Origin: Minisyncoccota bacterium
GTDB lineage: Bacteria > Patescibacteriota > Minisyncoccia > Phycocordibacterales > UBA12079
DNA: 64,000 bases
Assembly (NCBI GenBank): GCA_023140255.1
Contig: JAGLLX010000003.1
Coordinates: 7,485 to 71,484, forward strand
Direction: 5' to 3'
The position numbers were made by a program, and so were the translations under genes. Position 1 is the stretch's first letter; the number at the start of each line of letters is the position of its first letter. The notes under the pieces were generated by a model, which was given only the letters and a program-made list of their open reading frames with translations, was not told the DNA's origin and did not search any database. Of this stretch, positions 38,346-48,846 are shown one piece after another.

Positions 38346-38531
38346 TAGCGCTTGGAGCACTACTCCTAAATGGCTCAAAAAAATGAGCCATTTAGGAGGG
38401 CTGGGTTGAGCCATAAAATGCTTGAATAGCTCAATCTTTTGAGCCGTTGAAGTTATTTGGTAACCGGGTTACCAAATTGGGTTTTAGGATTATTAAAAAC
38501 TCCCAATGAAATATATTTCGTTGGGAGTTTT
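38343..38531. repeat. Mosaic cluster of palindromes (BIME-like) plus terminator
   Basis: Palindromes at 38343-64, 38363-98, 38427-45, 38455-77, 38496-531. Confidence 0.7.
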
Positions 38532-38550
38532 GTTTTAAGATTTTTTTTGG

Positions 38551-39018
38551 CTAACAAACGAATTTACAGCCAAATTTTTCTGCAGTAAGCATTTCACATA
38601 TATCAGGTGGAAAATTAAGAAGTCCACTACTAGTTATCCCGATTGATATTGAAGTTCCAAGAGTACTATTTATAGGATTGTCTTCATCACAGAGACAGTG
38701 TTCTAAAAGTCCTTCATTGCTACTACGGGTTTGTGGGTTGTTGTAAAAATCCACTGCAAATTTGACGATCATTGAGAAAAAGAAACCAAATTCTTCATCT
38801 GAAAGTTCAATTTCTTTCTCGTTGCGATCCAATGTGATTTGGAAAAGCTCGCGGATTTCGTCAATATTTGTGGCAGGTTCTAGTTCATCTAGTTGGTTCA
38901 TAGGAACTGACATTTTCAGTTTGTAGTTGAATTTGATGTTAGCGATTTCTATATAACCTTTATATTGAAAACCACCACGAACTTGCTCCACATATTTTTC
39001 GATAGATACCTCTTGCAT
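38551..39018 (-). CDS. Hypothetical protein (probable start MQEVS after AAGGAG)
   Basis: ORF with SD, TTGACA upstream, own terminator 38496-38531. Confidence 0.6.
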   Translation of the reverse strand: MQEVSIEKYVEQVRGGFQYKGYIEIANIKFNYKLKMSVPMNQLDELEPATNIDEIRELFQITLDRNEKEIELSDEEFGFFFSMIVKFAVDFYNNPQTRSSNEGLLEHCLCDEDNPINSTLGTSISIGITSSGLLNFPPDICEMLTAEKFGCKFVC

Positions 39019-39271
39019 TTTCTTCTCCTTTTTTGTCAAAAATTAGTTTAAAAATCTTTTACTTCTGGCTTTAATATATCAGGTTATAATGATTTTGTCA
39101 ATACTTTTGGCCGTTGTTTTTGGAGGAATATTCATTAATATCAAAGGTGGTAACTAACACTTTTATTTGATATAATAAAGACATTAAAACATTAAAACAC
39201 GAGAGCATAAAAACAAAATAAATGGGCGTCCTCCTACGGAGGACGCCCACTACTAAAGACTATTAATTATT

Positions 39272-41368
39272 ATGGTTAAAAAAGAAAAAGTAAACGGAGA
39301 ATATAGTGCTAAAGATATATCCGTTTTAGAAGGATTAGAACCAGTTAGAAAGCGTCCTGGAATGTATATTGGAACAACTGGGATTGATGGATTGCATCAT
39401 TTAATTTGGGAAATATTTGATAACTCTCGTGATGAAGCCATGGGTGGTTTTGCTGATACTGTGGAAGTAGCTTTATTGCCTGGGAATAGAATAAGAGTGG
39501 TAGATAACGGACGAGGAATTCCTGTTGATATTCATAAACAAACAAAGGTTTCTGCTTTGGAAACAATTATGACAACTTTACATGCCGGAGGAAAATTTGG
39601 AGGAGATGGATATAAAATTTCTGGAGGACTGCATGGTGTAGGTGCTTCCGTAGTAAACGCTCTTTCTGTGTATACTCGTGTAGAAATTCATAAAGAAGGA
39701 GATATTTATATGCAAGAATATAGTCAGGGTAAACAAAAAGCGAAAGTAAAGAAAATTGCTAAGACAAAAAAGAATGGAACTATTATTATGTTCGAGCCTG
39801 ATATTGAAATATTTAAAGAAATTAAATTTAACTATAATACAGTCTTGAAACATTTGAGAGAGCAAGCTTATTTAGTGAAAGGAATGAGGTTAACTGTTTT
39901 TGATGCTAGGGAATATGAAGGAGAAATAGATTTAAACGAAGCTTTTTATTTAAAAGATTTAAACTTGGATTTACCTTCTACAACTTTTTATTTTGAAGGT
40001 GGTTTATTATCTTTAGTTAAATTCTATAATGCTTACCAAAAACCAGTTCATAAAAATATTTTTTATACTGAAAAAATAATTAATGATAATGGAGAGTCTG
40101 TTGAGATTGCTTTGCAATATGTAGATGATATTTCTTCTCGTGTAGTTACTTTTGCTAATAATATTCCAACTGTTGAGGGTGGAATGCATCTAACTGGTTT
40201 TAAATCAACTTTAACGAGAACTTTAAATGCTTATGCTAGAAAGAATGGTTTACTAAAAGAAAAAGATGAGAATTTCACAGGAGATGATGTTTTGGAAGGG
40301 ATTACTGCTGTTATTTCTATAAAGTTAGCAGAAGTTCAATTTGAGGGTCAGACTAAGGCTAAATTAGGTTCAGTAGAGGCTAGAGGAATGGTGGAAACAG
40401 TCTTCGGAGAAGATTTTGCTTTCTTTTTAGAAGAGAACCCAAATGAAGCGAGATCTATTATAAACAAAGTGAATTTGGCTTTAAGAGCCAGAAAAGCTGC
40501 TAGAGCTGCCAAAGATTCTGTGATTAGAAAAGGTGCTTTAGAGGGGATGACACTTCCAGGGAAATTAGCTGATTGTGCGGCTGGAACAGTTCCTGCTGAT
40601 TCTGAATTATTCATAGTGGAGGGAGATTCTGCTGGCGGTTCTGCTAAACAAGGGAGAGATAGAAGAACTCAAGCAATTTTGCCTTTGAGAGGTAAGATTT
40701 TGAATGTAGAAAGAGCTAGGCTAGATAAGATGTTGTCTTCTCAAGAAATTAAAAATCTTGTGATTGCCCTAGGAACTGCTATTGGTGATACTTTTGAAAT
40801 TGAAAAACTGAGATATCATAAAATTATTATTGCTACCGATGCTGATGTAGACGGAGCTCATATTATGACTTTGTTACTAACTTTATTTTATCGTTATTTC
40901 AAAGAAATAATTGAAGGTGGTTATTTGTATGTAGCCAAACCTCCTTTGTATAAAATTACACATAATAGAAAAGATGTTTATGTTTATTCAGATGAAGAAA
41001 GAGATGAATATTTGAAGAAAAATAAATTAGGAGGGATTGGTGAAGATATTGATAAGGATTCTGACTTATTAACACCTGAGTCATTAGATGAGGTAGGTGA
41101 GGAGGGTGATCAAGATGGAGATGACATTAAAGTGAAAAAAAGTTCCAAGGTTTCAATTCAAAGATACAAAGGTCTTGGAGAAATGAACCCTGAAGAATTA
41201 TACGAGACTACTATGGATGCTGAAAAGAGAGTTTTGAAAAGAATTTTTATAGAAGATGCACAGAAAGCCGATCATACATTTGATATTTTGATGGGTGCTT
41301 TAGTAGCTCCGAGAAAATCTTTTATTCAATCTAATGCTAAGTATGCAGAGATTGATGTTAATGCTTAA
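39272..41368 (+). CDS. gyrB: DNA gyrase subunit B
   Basis: EPVRKRPGMYIG; DNGRGIP; LHAGGKF; VEGDSAGG; DADVDG; QRYKGLGEMN. Confidence 0.97.
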   Translation: MVKKEKVNGEYSAKDISVLEGLEPVRKRPGMYIGTTGIDGLHHLIWEIFDNSRDEAMGGFADTVEVALLPGNRIRVVDNGRGIPVDIHKQTKVSALETIMTTLHAGGKFGGDGYKISGGLHGVGASVVNALSVYTRVEIHKEGDIYMQEYSQGKQKAKVKKIAKTKKNGTIIMFEPDIEIFKEIKFNYNTVLKHLREQAYLVKGMRLTVFDAREYEGEIDLNEAFYLKDLNLDLPSTTFYFEGGLLSLVKFYNAYQKPVHKNIFYTEKIINDNGESVEIALQYVDDISSRVVTFANNIPTVEGGMHLTGFKSTLTRTLNAYARKNGLLKEKDENFTGDDVLEGITAVISIKLAEVQFEGQTKAKLGSVEARGMVETVFGEDFAFFLEENPNEARSIINKVNLALRARKAARAAKDSVIRKGALEGMTLPGKLADCAAGTVPADSELFIVEGDSAGGSAKQGRDRRTQAILPLRGKILNVERARLDKMLSSQEIKNLVIALGTAIGDTFEIEKLRYHKIIIATDADVDGAHIMTLLLTLFYRYFKEIIEGGYLYVAKPPLYKITHNRKDVYVYSDEERDEYLKKNKLGGIGEDIDKDSDLLTPESLDEVGEEGDQDGDDIKVKKSSKVSIQRYKGLGEMNPEELYETTMDAEKRVLKRIFIEDAQKADHTFDILMGALVAPRKSFIQSNAKYAEIDVNA

Positions 41369-41390
41369 AAGGATTTAGCACTTAAGATAG

Positions 41391-41426
41391 AAAAAGAGCG
41401 ACGGGCTAAAGCCCGTCGCTCTTTTT
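41391..41426. terminator. GC-rich palindrome, probable bidirectional terminator (GGGCG-type family)
   Basis: AAAAAGAGCGACGGGCT-AA-AGCCCGTCGCTCTTTTT; relatives at 39223, 46212, 48695, 49507, 63287. Confidence 0.75.
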
Positions 41427-41437
41427 ATTTAGATTTT

Positions 41438-42811
41438 TTATTCAATAATATCTATAATATCTATAAATACTTTAGCAATATTATTAGTTTTAGTTACTTC
41501 TTTTATTCCTCCGGAAGGATCAACATTAACGATAACAACCATTTGATCACCAATTCTTAGCTTATCAAATCCCATTGTGAATTCAATCTTTTCTCCAGGG
41601 GCTAATGCTTTTTGCCCTTGTGAATGGAAAATGTGTGCTGGAGATGTAGGTAACACTGCATTAAATGTCCAACCATCTGAAGTTTTTGTTCCTATATTTG
41701 TTACTGTAAATGTTACTGCTCCGATATCTCCTCTAACTAAAGTAGAAGTAGCTATTAAGTCTTTGTTAGAATTTAGGTATCCTATTGTATTAATAGTTGC
41801 CTCTAAGTCAGCCAAACCATATTCAACCACAGGATTAATAACTGGATCGATTATATATTCATATTCTTCCTCTGTTCCTGGGTTAGGATTTATAGGATAA
41901 GGTGAATGGATATTTCCTCCAATATTAGGAGTACCTGTATTGTTCAAAGGTATAACTTTTACAAAGTCAGCTTCTACAACAAATCTATCTTCTTTAGCTC
42001 CTAAAGTATCGCATGTAGAAATAGTAAGTTTTTGAGTATTACTATCTATTCTAATTGCTCCGTTAGCTGTGTTGGTAGCTTTTACACTAGTTACTTTATA
42101 GAAGTATTGGTTATTTGTAGATGTTACAATGATTTCATCACCTTTAACTAAGTTTTCTAAATTATTAAATGTTTTATAATAAGAAGTTTCTGTAGCTAGG
42201 CTTGTACTATGACCAAATATAAATATATTTTTATTTTCACCTAAAAGACCTGATTCAGGATATCTTACAGCTCCTAACTTAAGAGCTTTGTTTAGAGAAT
42301 CTATATCTTTATCTAGAGGATTTATAACAAGAGTGTTTACTCCAATAGCATCAATATTAATTCTTAATGGTTTTTCCAATACAGTTTGATCTTCTCCTTC
42401 TGTTACAATAATAGTATTTCCACTATCTTGTGTACTAATCTTTCTTAGATAAAGCATTGCTGCTGTTAAATCAAATTTATCTGAAATAATATCTAATTTT
42501 TGGAAAAGATTAGGAATAATTTTTGTACTTTGAATAGTTGCTACAGCATAGTGACTTGTAGTAGGGAATACAGAAGAAATAGTTGATATATTTTTAAGAC
42601 TGTAAAAAGAACCAATTAGTAATAGTAATAGTAAGATAGTTGTAGAAAATGAAAGTTTCCATTTCTTAACTAAAGGCATATCTTTGATACTTTTACCAAA
42701 GTTATTACTCTTTGTATATTGATAGAACTTTTTAAGCACCCACCAATCTCCTTGGTAGTCATTGTGTGTGTTTGTTTCTATATGCATTGTAGGTAAATTT
42801 TCTGGTGTCAT
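41438..42811 (-). CDS. Sortase with C-terminal CARDB domain
   Basis: IFGHS (His), LTISTCD (Cys), EDRFVV (Arg); VDPSGGIKE..TNN (CARDB); N-terminal TM. Confidence 0.85.
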   Translation of the reverse strand: MTPENLPTMHIETNTHNDYQGDWWVLKKFYQYTKSNNFGKSIKDMPLVKKWKLSFSTTILLLLLLIGSFYSLKNISTISSVFPTTSHYAVATIQSTKIIPNLFQKLDIISDKFDLTAAMLYLRKISTQDSGNTIIVTEGEDQTVLEKPLRINIDAIGVNTLVINPLDKDIDSLNKALKLGAVRYPESGLLGENKNIFIFGHSTSLATETSYYKTFNNLENLVKGDEIIVTSTNNQYFYKVTSVKATNTANGAIRIDSNTQKLTISTCDTLGAKEDRFVVEADFVKVIPLNNTGTPNIGGNIHSPYPINPNPGTEEEYEYIIDPVINPVVEYGLADLEATINTIGYLNSNKDLIATSTLVRGDIGAVTFTVTNIGTKTSDGWTFNAVLPTSPAHIFHSQGQKALAPGEKIEFTMGFDKLRIGDQMVVIVNVDPSGGIKEVTKTNNIAKVFIDIIDIIE

Positions 42812-43021
42812 AATATTGTTGTTATTAATAATTTATTATTTTCTTGAATATTACCACTGTGTCTAAATAATGTCAAGGGTTTTTGATAAAGATTTTTAAA
42901 AAAGTTATAAATAAGGAACTTTAGGTTTTTTGCTATTGCTTTTTTTTAATAACAGTTATATAGTATTTAGTAGATAGTAAATTGAGAGTAATTTTACATA
43001 ACCAATAAAAGGAGAAATAAA

Positions 43022-44011
43022 ATGAAGAAATGTTTAGAAGTGTTCGTGGCCGTGGTGATGTTTTTGTTTCTGTGTGGTTCTGTTTCAGCGGAATACATAG
43101 TAAGAACATGTGAAGTTCCGATTTTGCCAGCTACTGGGGCTTTTAACTCAGAGTACCAAGTTGTCGTAAAGGATAGTCTTGGGAATCTGGCAAGAGGAAT
43201 TCCTGTTGCAGGAAGATTCTTGGAACATTTTGGTAATCCAGGGGTTTTGGGAGAAACTCAACGGACAGTTACTGATCAGTATGGAGTGGCAACTTTTACC
43301 ATTCCCGATGCACCGAGACCTACTGATAAAGATAGTTTTTGGTATTTCTCAGTGTGGGCTGATTCAGACTTATATTGTTTGTATCATCAAGTGATTTGGT
43401 GGACAGTGTCCACTGCATTGCCAGCTTATATTTCTTTTGGTGACTTTGGTGGGGTTGTTCCACTGCAGACATCAATGGATTGTTTGGTAACAAATGCTTG
43501 GGGAGTTCCGTTGCCTAATCTTACCATAGAGATTATTGACGGTGCGGAGTATTTTTCTTCGGTGTTTGCTATTACAGATGTTGATGGTGTTGCACATTTT
43601 AGCTTTACTGCTGGGTCTGCTGTTGGATCGGCAAAAATAAAGGCTCAAGTTGAGTTTTTACCGTTTGCTAGGAATACTACTGATATTTCATGGGGGACTC
43701 CTCAGCCGAATCCGGTTTTATCGGGTGATAATATCGTAGCTCAGACAGGTCTTGAGTATGGCTTACCAGTTTTTAGGTTTTCTCAAAATCGTTCTGGTAA
43801 TGCTGGATTCACTCTTCTTGATGAAGATGGAAATCCTATTGTTGGTGAGCAGGTAGAATGTCTTTATCCTGTTTGGAGTGGAGTAACTGATTCCAATGGG
43901 GAATTCAGCGTCCTTATTCCGGCTAGTGGTTTTATTGGTTGGGATGTGTCATGGGTCTGGGTCGTTTCCGATCCAGATACTACTCTTAATTTTAAAATGG
44001 TTTACGAATAG
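43022..44011 (+). CDS. Secreted Ig-like (Big_1-type) repeat protein
   Basis: Signal peptide; repeated TD..G.A.F motifs; AAGGAG SD; terminator 44044-44080. Confidence 0.65.
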   Translation: MKKCLEVFVAVVMFLFLCGSVSAEYIVRTCEVPILPATGAFNSEYQVVVKDSLGNLARGIPVAGRFLEHFGNPGVLGETQRTVTDQYGVATFTIPDAPRPTDKDSFWYFSVWADSDLYCLYHQVIWWTVSTALPAYISFGDFGGVVPLQTSMDCLVTNAWGVPLPNLTIEIIDGAEYFSSVFAITDVDGVAHFSFTAGSAVGSAKIKAQVEFLPFARNTTDISWGTPQPNPVLSGDNIVAQTGLEYGLPVFRFSQNRSGNAGFTLLDEDGNPIVGEQVECLYPVWSGVTDSNGEFSVLIPASGFIGWDVSWVWVVSDPDTTLNFKMVYE

Positions 44012-44169
44012 TGAACCAAAACTAACTCTTTAAACGGTTAGTCAAAGTCCTTCAGGTTTGTCATAAACCTGAAGGACTTTTTTGTTTTTTAGTTTAAACC
44101 CTTTACAAATAGATATATATATTGTAGTATTATAGAAAATATTAACATTATTAAATATAAACAGATTTT

Positions 44170-46200
44170 ATGAATAATATATTAAAAATTACAGGTGCGA
44201 TTTTGATTTTAATAGCTATCTTTTTAGGTGGTTCTTTTCTGAATATTTTGGATGGAAATGTAGCTTTGGCTGCTGATGCTCCAACATGTTCAATGAATGC
44301 TATTCCTGCTAATATCATGCAAGGTCAAGCATCAACGATTACTTGGTCTTCTAACAATGCTACTTCAGTATATATACAAAATTTAGGAACTGATATTGGT
44401 ACAGTAGGTCCAGCAGGATCAAGAACGGTTAGACCTACTACTACAACTCTTTATAGAGGAACATTTACAGGTCCAGGAGGAACAATAGTTTGCTCAAGAA
44501 TTGTAAATGTTACTTATCCAGTTACTCCTCCAGATGCACCAACTTGTTCTATGAGTGCTATCCCAAGTAATATCTATCAAGGTGGAAGTGCAACTATTTC
44601 TTGGTCTTCTAATAATGCTACATCAGCATCTATTTCTAATATTGGGACAGTAGCTACTGCAGGTTCAAGAAATGTGAGTCCAAATTCAACTACAACTTAT
44701 ACAGGAACATTCACAGGAGCAGGAGGTTCAGTGACTTGTTCAAGAACAATTACTGTTACCCCTGCGTCTAATCCTGCACCAACTTGTTCTTTGACAGCAA
44801 GCCCATCTTCAATTCACGCAGGAGATAGTTCAACTTTATCTTGGACAGCAACAAATGCTACTTTAGGATATATAGAGAATCTAGGAGCTGATGTAGGAAA
44901 TGTTAATTCTGTTGAAGGTTCAACAATAGTAAACCCAACTACAACATCTCTTTATACAGGAACGTTTACAGGCCCAGGAGGTTCTGTGACTTGTACAGCA
45001 ATGGTAAATATTATTACCATTTGCCCCATGACATGTTCTTTAGGAGCTATCCCTTCTACTATTTATATAGGAGAAAGTGCTACTCTTAATTGGGATTCAG
45101 ACGGAGCTGAAACAGGAACTATTGATAATGGTATTGGTATTGTAGATGTTTCTGGTTCAGTAACCGTTTCTCCTACACAGACAACTACTTACACAGGAAC
45201 ATTTGGATCATATCAAATATGTTGCAGTGAGACAGCAACTTGTTCTACTACTGTTACAGTTCAAGGAACTCCACCACCAGCACCAACATGTTCTATGAAT
45301 GCTGATCCGACTACTATTGATCAAGGTGGATCTTCAACATTAACTTGGACAACTACAAATGTTGCTTCAGTTTCTATTGATAATGGAGTTTCATCTACTA
45401 ATGTAAATGATTCAGAATCTGTTTCTCCAACTTTAAATACAACTTATACAGGAACATTTGTTGGAACTAATGGAGACACAATTTACTGTGATGCTAGTGT
45501 TACAGTTCAAGGAACTCCACCACCAGCACCAACATGTTCTATGAATGCTGATCCGACTACTATTGATCAAGGTGGATCTTCAACATTAACTTGGACAACT
45601 ACAAATGTTGCTTCAGTTTCTGTTGATAATGGAGTTTTATCTACTAATGTAAATGACTCTGAAGGAGTTTTTCCTAATACAAGTATCACTTACACAGGAA
45701 CATTTGTTGGAACGAATGGCGATACTATTTATTGTGATGCAACAGTTACTGTAGAGGGAACTCCACCACCATCTCCAACATGTACTATGAATTTTAATCC
45801 TACAGCAGTGAGAACAGGAGGAAGTTCTACTTTGACATGGACTTCAACAAATACCACTTCAGCAGATATTGATAATGGAGTAGGAACAGTAGATCCTAAT
45901 GATTCAATGTCAATTACACCTCCTGATGCAATGACTTATACAGGAATATTTACAGGACCTTATGGTTCAGTGACTTGTTCTGCTTCAATTTCTGTTAGCT
46001 CAGTTTGTCTTGTAAATTGTGGAGGAGGAAATAATCCACCGAATGTAAGTTTGATGAGTAAACTTTTCCCAGGAGATGATCCTGATCCATCTTATATTTA
46101 TTTGAGCCAAGTACCTTACACAGGATTCTTAGGAAAAATATTAAATGGAGTTAAGTTTATTATGGTTACTGTCCCGACTTTTATTATGGTGAATATTTAA
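44170..46200 (+). CDS. Cys/Thr-rich Ig/PKD-like repeat surface protein with VPYTG sorting-like motif
   Basis: Seven ~80-aa xTCS/T..W..YTGTF..C repeats; C-terminal LSQVPYTG plus hydrophobic stretch. Confidence 0.8.
   Translation: MNNILKITGAILILIAIFLGGSFLNILDGNVALAADAPTCSMNAIPANIMQGQASTITWSSNNATSVYIQNLGTDIGTVGPAGSRTVRPTTTTLYRGTFTGPGGTIVCSRIVNVTYPVTPPDAPTCSMSAIPSNIYQGGSATISWSSNNATSASISNIGTVATAGSRNVSPNSTTTYTGTFTGAGGSVTCSRTITVTPASNPAPTCSLTASPSSIHAGDSSTLSWTATNATLGYIENLGADVGNVNSVEGSTIVNPTTTSLYTGTFTGPGGSVTCTAMVNIITICPMTCSLGAIPSTIYIGESATLNWDSDGAETGTIDNGIGIVDVSGSVTVSPTQTTTYTGTFGSYQICCSETATCSTTVTVQGTPPPAPTCSMNADPTTIDQGGSSTLTWTTTNVASVSIDNGVSSTNVNDSESVSPTLNTTYTGTFVGTNGDTIYCDASVTVQGTPPPAPTCSMNADPTTIDQGGSSTLTWTTTNVASVSVDNGVLSTNVNDSEGVFPNTSITYTGTFVGTNGDTIYCDATVTVEGTPPPSPTCTMNFNPTAVRTGGSSTLTWTSTNTTSADIDNGVGTVDPNDSMSITPPDAMTYTGIFTGPYGSVTCSASISVSSVCLVNCGGGNNPPNVSLMSKLFPGDDPDPSYIYLSQVPYTGFLGKILNGVKFIMVTVPTFIMVNI
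45252..45743 (+). repeat. Near-identical 246-nt intragenic tandem duplication
   Basis: TGTTACAGTTCAAGGAACTCCACCACCAGC... at 45252 and 45498. Confidence 0.9.
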
Positions 46201-46286
46201 AAAATAAAATTTTAAAAGGGCGAGCCGTAGGCTCGCCCTTTTAATTTGTTGTTTTAAAAAAGAAAAGTAGATGTTATATTAAATTA

Positions 46287-47192
46287 ATGCAAAATAATAA
46301 GATTATTGTAATTTTAGGACCAACAGCTTCAGGAAAATCAGATTTAGCTGTTACTTTAGCCCAAAAATATAACGGAGAAATTATCTCAGCTGATTCACGT
46401 CAGGTATATAAAGGTTTAAATATTGGTTCAGGGAAAATAACTAAAAAAGAAATGAAGAATATTCCTCATTATCTTTTAGATATACTTAAACCACAGAGAA
46501 ATTTTTCTGTGGGTCAATTTAAGAAAAAAGCAGATAAGATTATTGAGGATATTTTAAAAAGAGGGAAGCTCCCAATTTTAGTAGGAGGAACTGGTTTTTA
46601 TATTCAGGCAGTTGTAGCTGGAATTATTTTACCTGAAGTGAAGGCTAACTTAGTTCTTAGAAAAGACTTGGCGCTCCGAGCTCCAAGTGAATTATTTTTG
46701 ATGTTAAAGAGAGTAGATCCTGAAAGAGCTAAAAACATTGACGCTAAAAATCCTCGTCGTTTAATTCGAGCAATTGAAATTGCTACAGATTTAGGAAAAG
46801 TTCCATCTTTAAAATTACTTGGTAGTCATACTGCTAATTGGGAAGTGTTGCAAATTGGTGTTAAGACAGATCAAGGCATTTTGAACAAAAGAATTGAGAA
46901 AAGATTTTACAAAAGAGTAAAAGCGGGGATAGTAAAAGAAGCTGAGAATTTACATAAAAAAGGATTAACATATAAAAGAATGTTAGAAATTGGGTTAGCG
47001 CACAAATATATTCCACTCTTACTTAAAAATAAAATTTCTCAGCAGGAATTTATAGATAATTCTATTAAGGAAGAACAAAAATATGCAAAAAGACAAAGAA
47101 CTTGGTTCAAAAAAGATAAAAGAATTGAATGGTTTGAATTAGGAGATTTAAAAAATATTAACAAAAGAATTTCTAATTTTTTAAAAAACTAG
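46287..47192 (+). CDS. miaA: tRNA dimethylallyltransferase
   Basis: GPTASGKS; DSRQVY; VGGTGFY; YAKRQRTW. Confidence 0.96.
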   Translation: MQNNKIIVILGPTASGKSDLAVTLAQKYNGEIISADSRQVYKGLNIGSGKITKKEMKNIPHYLLDILKPQRNFSVGQFKKKADKIIEDILKRGKLPILVGGTGFYIQAVVAGIILPEVKANLVLRKDLALRAPSELFLMLKRVDPERAKNIDAKNPRRLIRAIEIATDLGKVPSLKLLGSHTANWEVLQIGVKTDQGILNKRIEKRFYKRVKAGIVKEAENLHKKGLTYKRMLEIGLAHKYIPLLLKNKISQQEFIDNSIKEEQKYAKRQRTWFKKDKRIEWFELGDLKNINKRISNFLKN

Positions 47193-47206
47193 GTATAATA
47201 TGTTAC

Positions 47207-48196
47207 ATGAGTATTAAATTAAAACTCTCTATTATTTTGTCTTTTTTGTTTATCTTTAACTTGGTTTCAGCTGAAGCTTTAGAGGTTGGTTTTATTGATA
47301 ATTTTAGGTATTCGCAGGAATCAATTTTTGCCGGGGAAGATATAAGAGTTTATGGTACTTTGCAAAATAATTCTGGTTTTGATCTTCAGGGAATTATTCA
47401 TTTTTATGACAATGAAAAATTTATTGGAGATTTTACTTTTTTTGTAGCTGATGGAAGAATTATTGAAATTTGGACAGATTGGCAGCCAAGTGAAGGAGAG
47501 CATAATTTGGAAGCTAAGATTTCTAGTATTAAAAAATTAGAAATAGCTAAGAATCCTCAGAATATTGAGTTAGAAGAGAATATTTTAATTACAGAAAAAC
47601 AAAATATAGATATTGATACAGATAAAGATGGAATAGGAAATAAAGATGATTTAGATGATGATAATGATGGTTTTTCTGATAAGCAAGAAATAGAAAACGG
47701 AACTGATTCTTTGGTTTTTGATGAATCTGTTTTAGAAACTGAAGATACTGAACAAAGTACTGGAACTGATTCAGAAAATTCTGTAACAAAAACTAAAATA
47801 ACAGGTGATTTATTTGAAAATGTAAAAGATGTAACAAATATTACTTTAGAAAAATCAAAAGAATTAACTGAAAAAACAAAGAATTTTTTAGAAGAACATA
47901 AAGAAGTGATAGATGATGAAATAGAAAAAGATAAAAAAATTGAATTAGCACAAAAAGAATTAGAAGAATCTTCTTCTGATGATTCTGAGCTTTCAGAAGA
48001 GACAGAAGATGGTCTTAATTTTTATACAGCGAGTATCATAGATGCTGTGCCTAGTATGAAAGAAATGTACAGCTTCTTTTTAGGAGTTTTAATTTATATT
48101 TTAAATAGTTGGTGGATATTATTAGGTATTATTTGTTTTGTTCTTTGGTTTTTATTGAGATCAATTAAAAACAAATTAACCTTGAGAAGATTTTAA
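47207..48196 (+). CDS. Membrane protein with TSP3-like Ca-binding motif
   Basis: Signal peptide; DTDKDGIGNKDDLDDDNDG; C-terminal TM. Confidence 0.7.
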   Translation: MSIKLKLSIILSFLFIFNLVSAEALEVGFIDNFRYSQESIFAGEDIRVYGTLQNNSGFDLQGIIHFYDNEKFIGDFTFFVADGRIIEIWTDWQPSEGEHNLEAKISSIKKLEIAKNPQNIELEENILITEKQNIDIDTDKDGIGNKDDLDDDNDGFSDKQEIENGTDSLVFDESVLETEDTEQSTGTDSENSVTKTKITGDLFENVKDVTNITLEKSKELTEKTKNFLEEHKEVIDDEIEKDKKIELAQKELEESSSDDSELSEETEDGLNFYTASIIDAVPSMKEMYSFFLGVLIYILNSWWILLGIICFVLWFLLRSIKNKLTLRRF

Positions 48197-48314
48197 TTTT
48201 TTGGGGAAAAATAAATTGCTTTTTGCATAAAAATTGATATGATTATTAGCACTGGGATGATTGTCGAGATTGACTCAGAATTGATTATTAAGATAAATAA
48301 GTTTAAAGAATATT

Positions 48315-48683
48315 ATGTCAGAAGTTAAAGATGTTGAGTTTTTAGAATATGTTGTAAAGGAACTAGTAGATAATCCTGAATCAGTAAAGGTTGATAGAAA
48401 AGTTGACGAGATGGGAGTTTTAATTACTCTTGATGTTGACAGAGAAGATATGGGAAAGATTATTGGTAAAAGTGGAAACACTGCCAAGGCGATTAGAACT
48501 TTATTAAGAGTTGTTGGAATGAAAAATAACTCTAGAGTTAACCTAAAAATTAATGAACCAGAAGGAAGCGTTCACCCTGCACCAAGTTATAGCGAAACTC
48601 CTACAGAAGAAGTTTCTGCTCCAGCTCCAGAAATGGACGCAGGAAGTGTAGATGACGCAATGGAAGATTTGAAGTCATTGTAA
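48315..48683 (+). CDS. khpA: KH-domain RNA-binding protein KhpA
   Basis: LVDNPE; DMGKIIGKSGNTAKAIRTL. Confidence 0.88.
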   Translation: MSEVKDVEFLEYVVKELVDNPESVKVDRKVDEMGVLITLDVDREDMGKIIGKSGNTAKAIRTLLRVVGMKNNSRVNLKINEPEGSVHPAPSYSETPTEEVSAPAPEMDAGSVDDAMEDLKSL

Positions 48684-48768
48684 AAACTAAAAATAAAAGG
48701 GCGACCGCTTTGCGGTCGCCCTTTTTCTTGTGTTCTAATTTAATTATGTTTTAATGTAAACAATGAAT

Positions 48769-48846
48769 CCCGTTAGAGATTTGGCGGGGTCAAAAATTAC
48801 TAATTAAATTAAGATTATTTACTTTTTGTAAATTATCTCTAACGGG
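48769..48846. mobile_element. MITE-like element, copy 3 (78 bp)
   Basis: Same TIRs; ATGAAT duplication (48763-68, 48847-52) at the trmD start. Confidence 0.85.

Noticed and set aside
41030-41150. Acidic insertion or intein in GyrB
   Set aside because: Short low-complexity loop at a known variable position; no intein motifs
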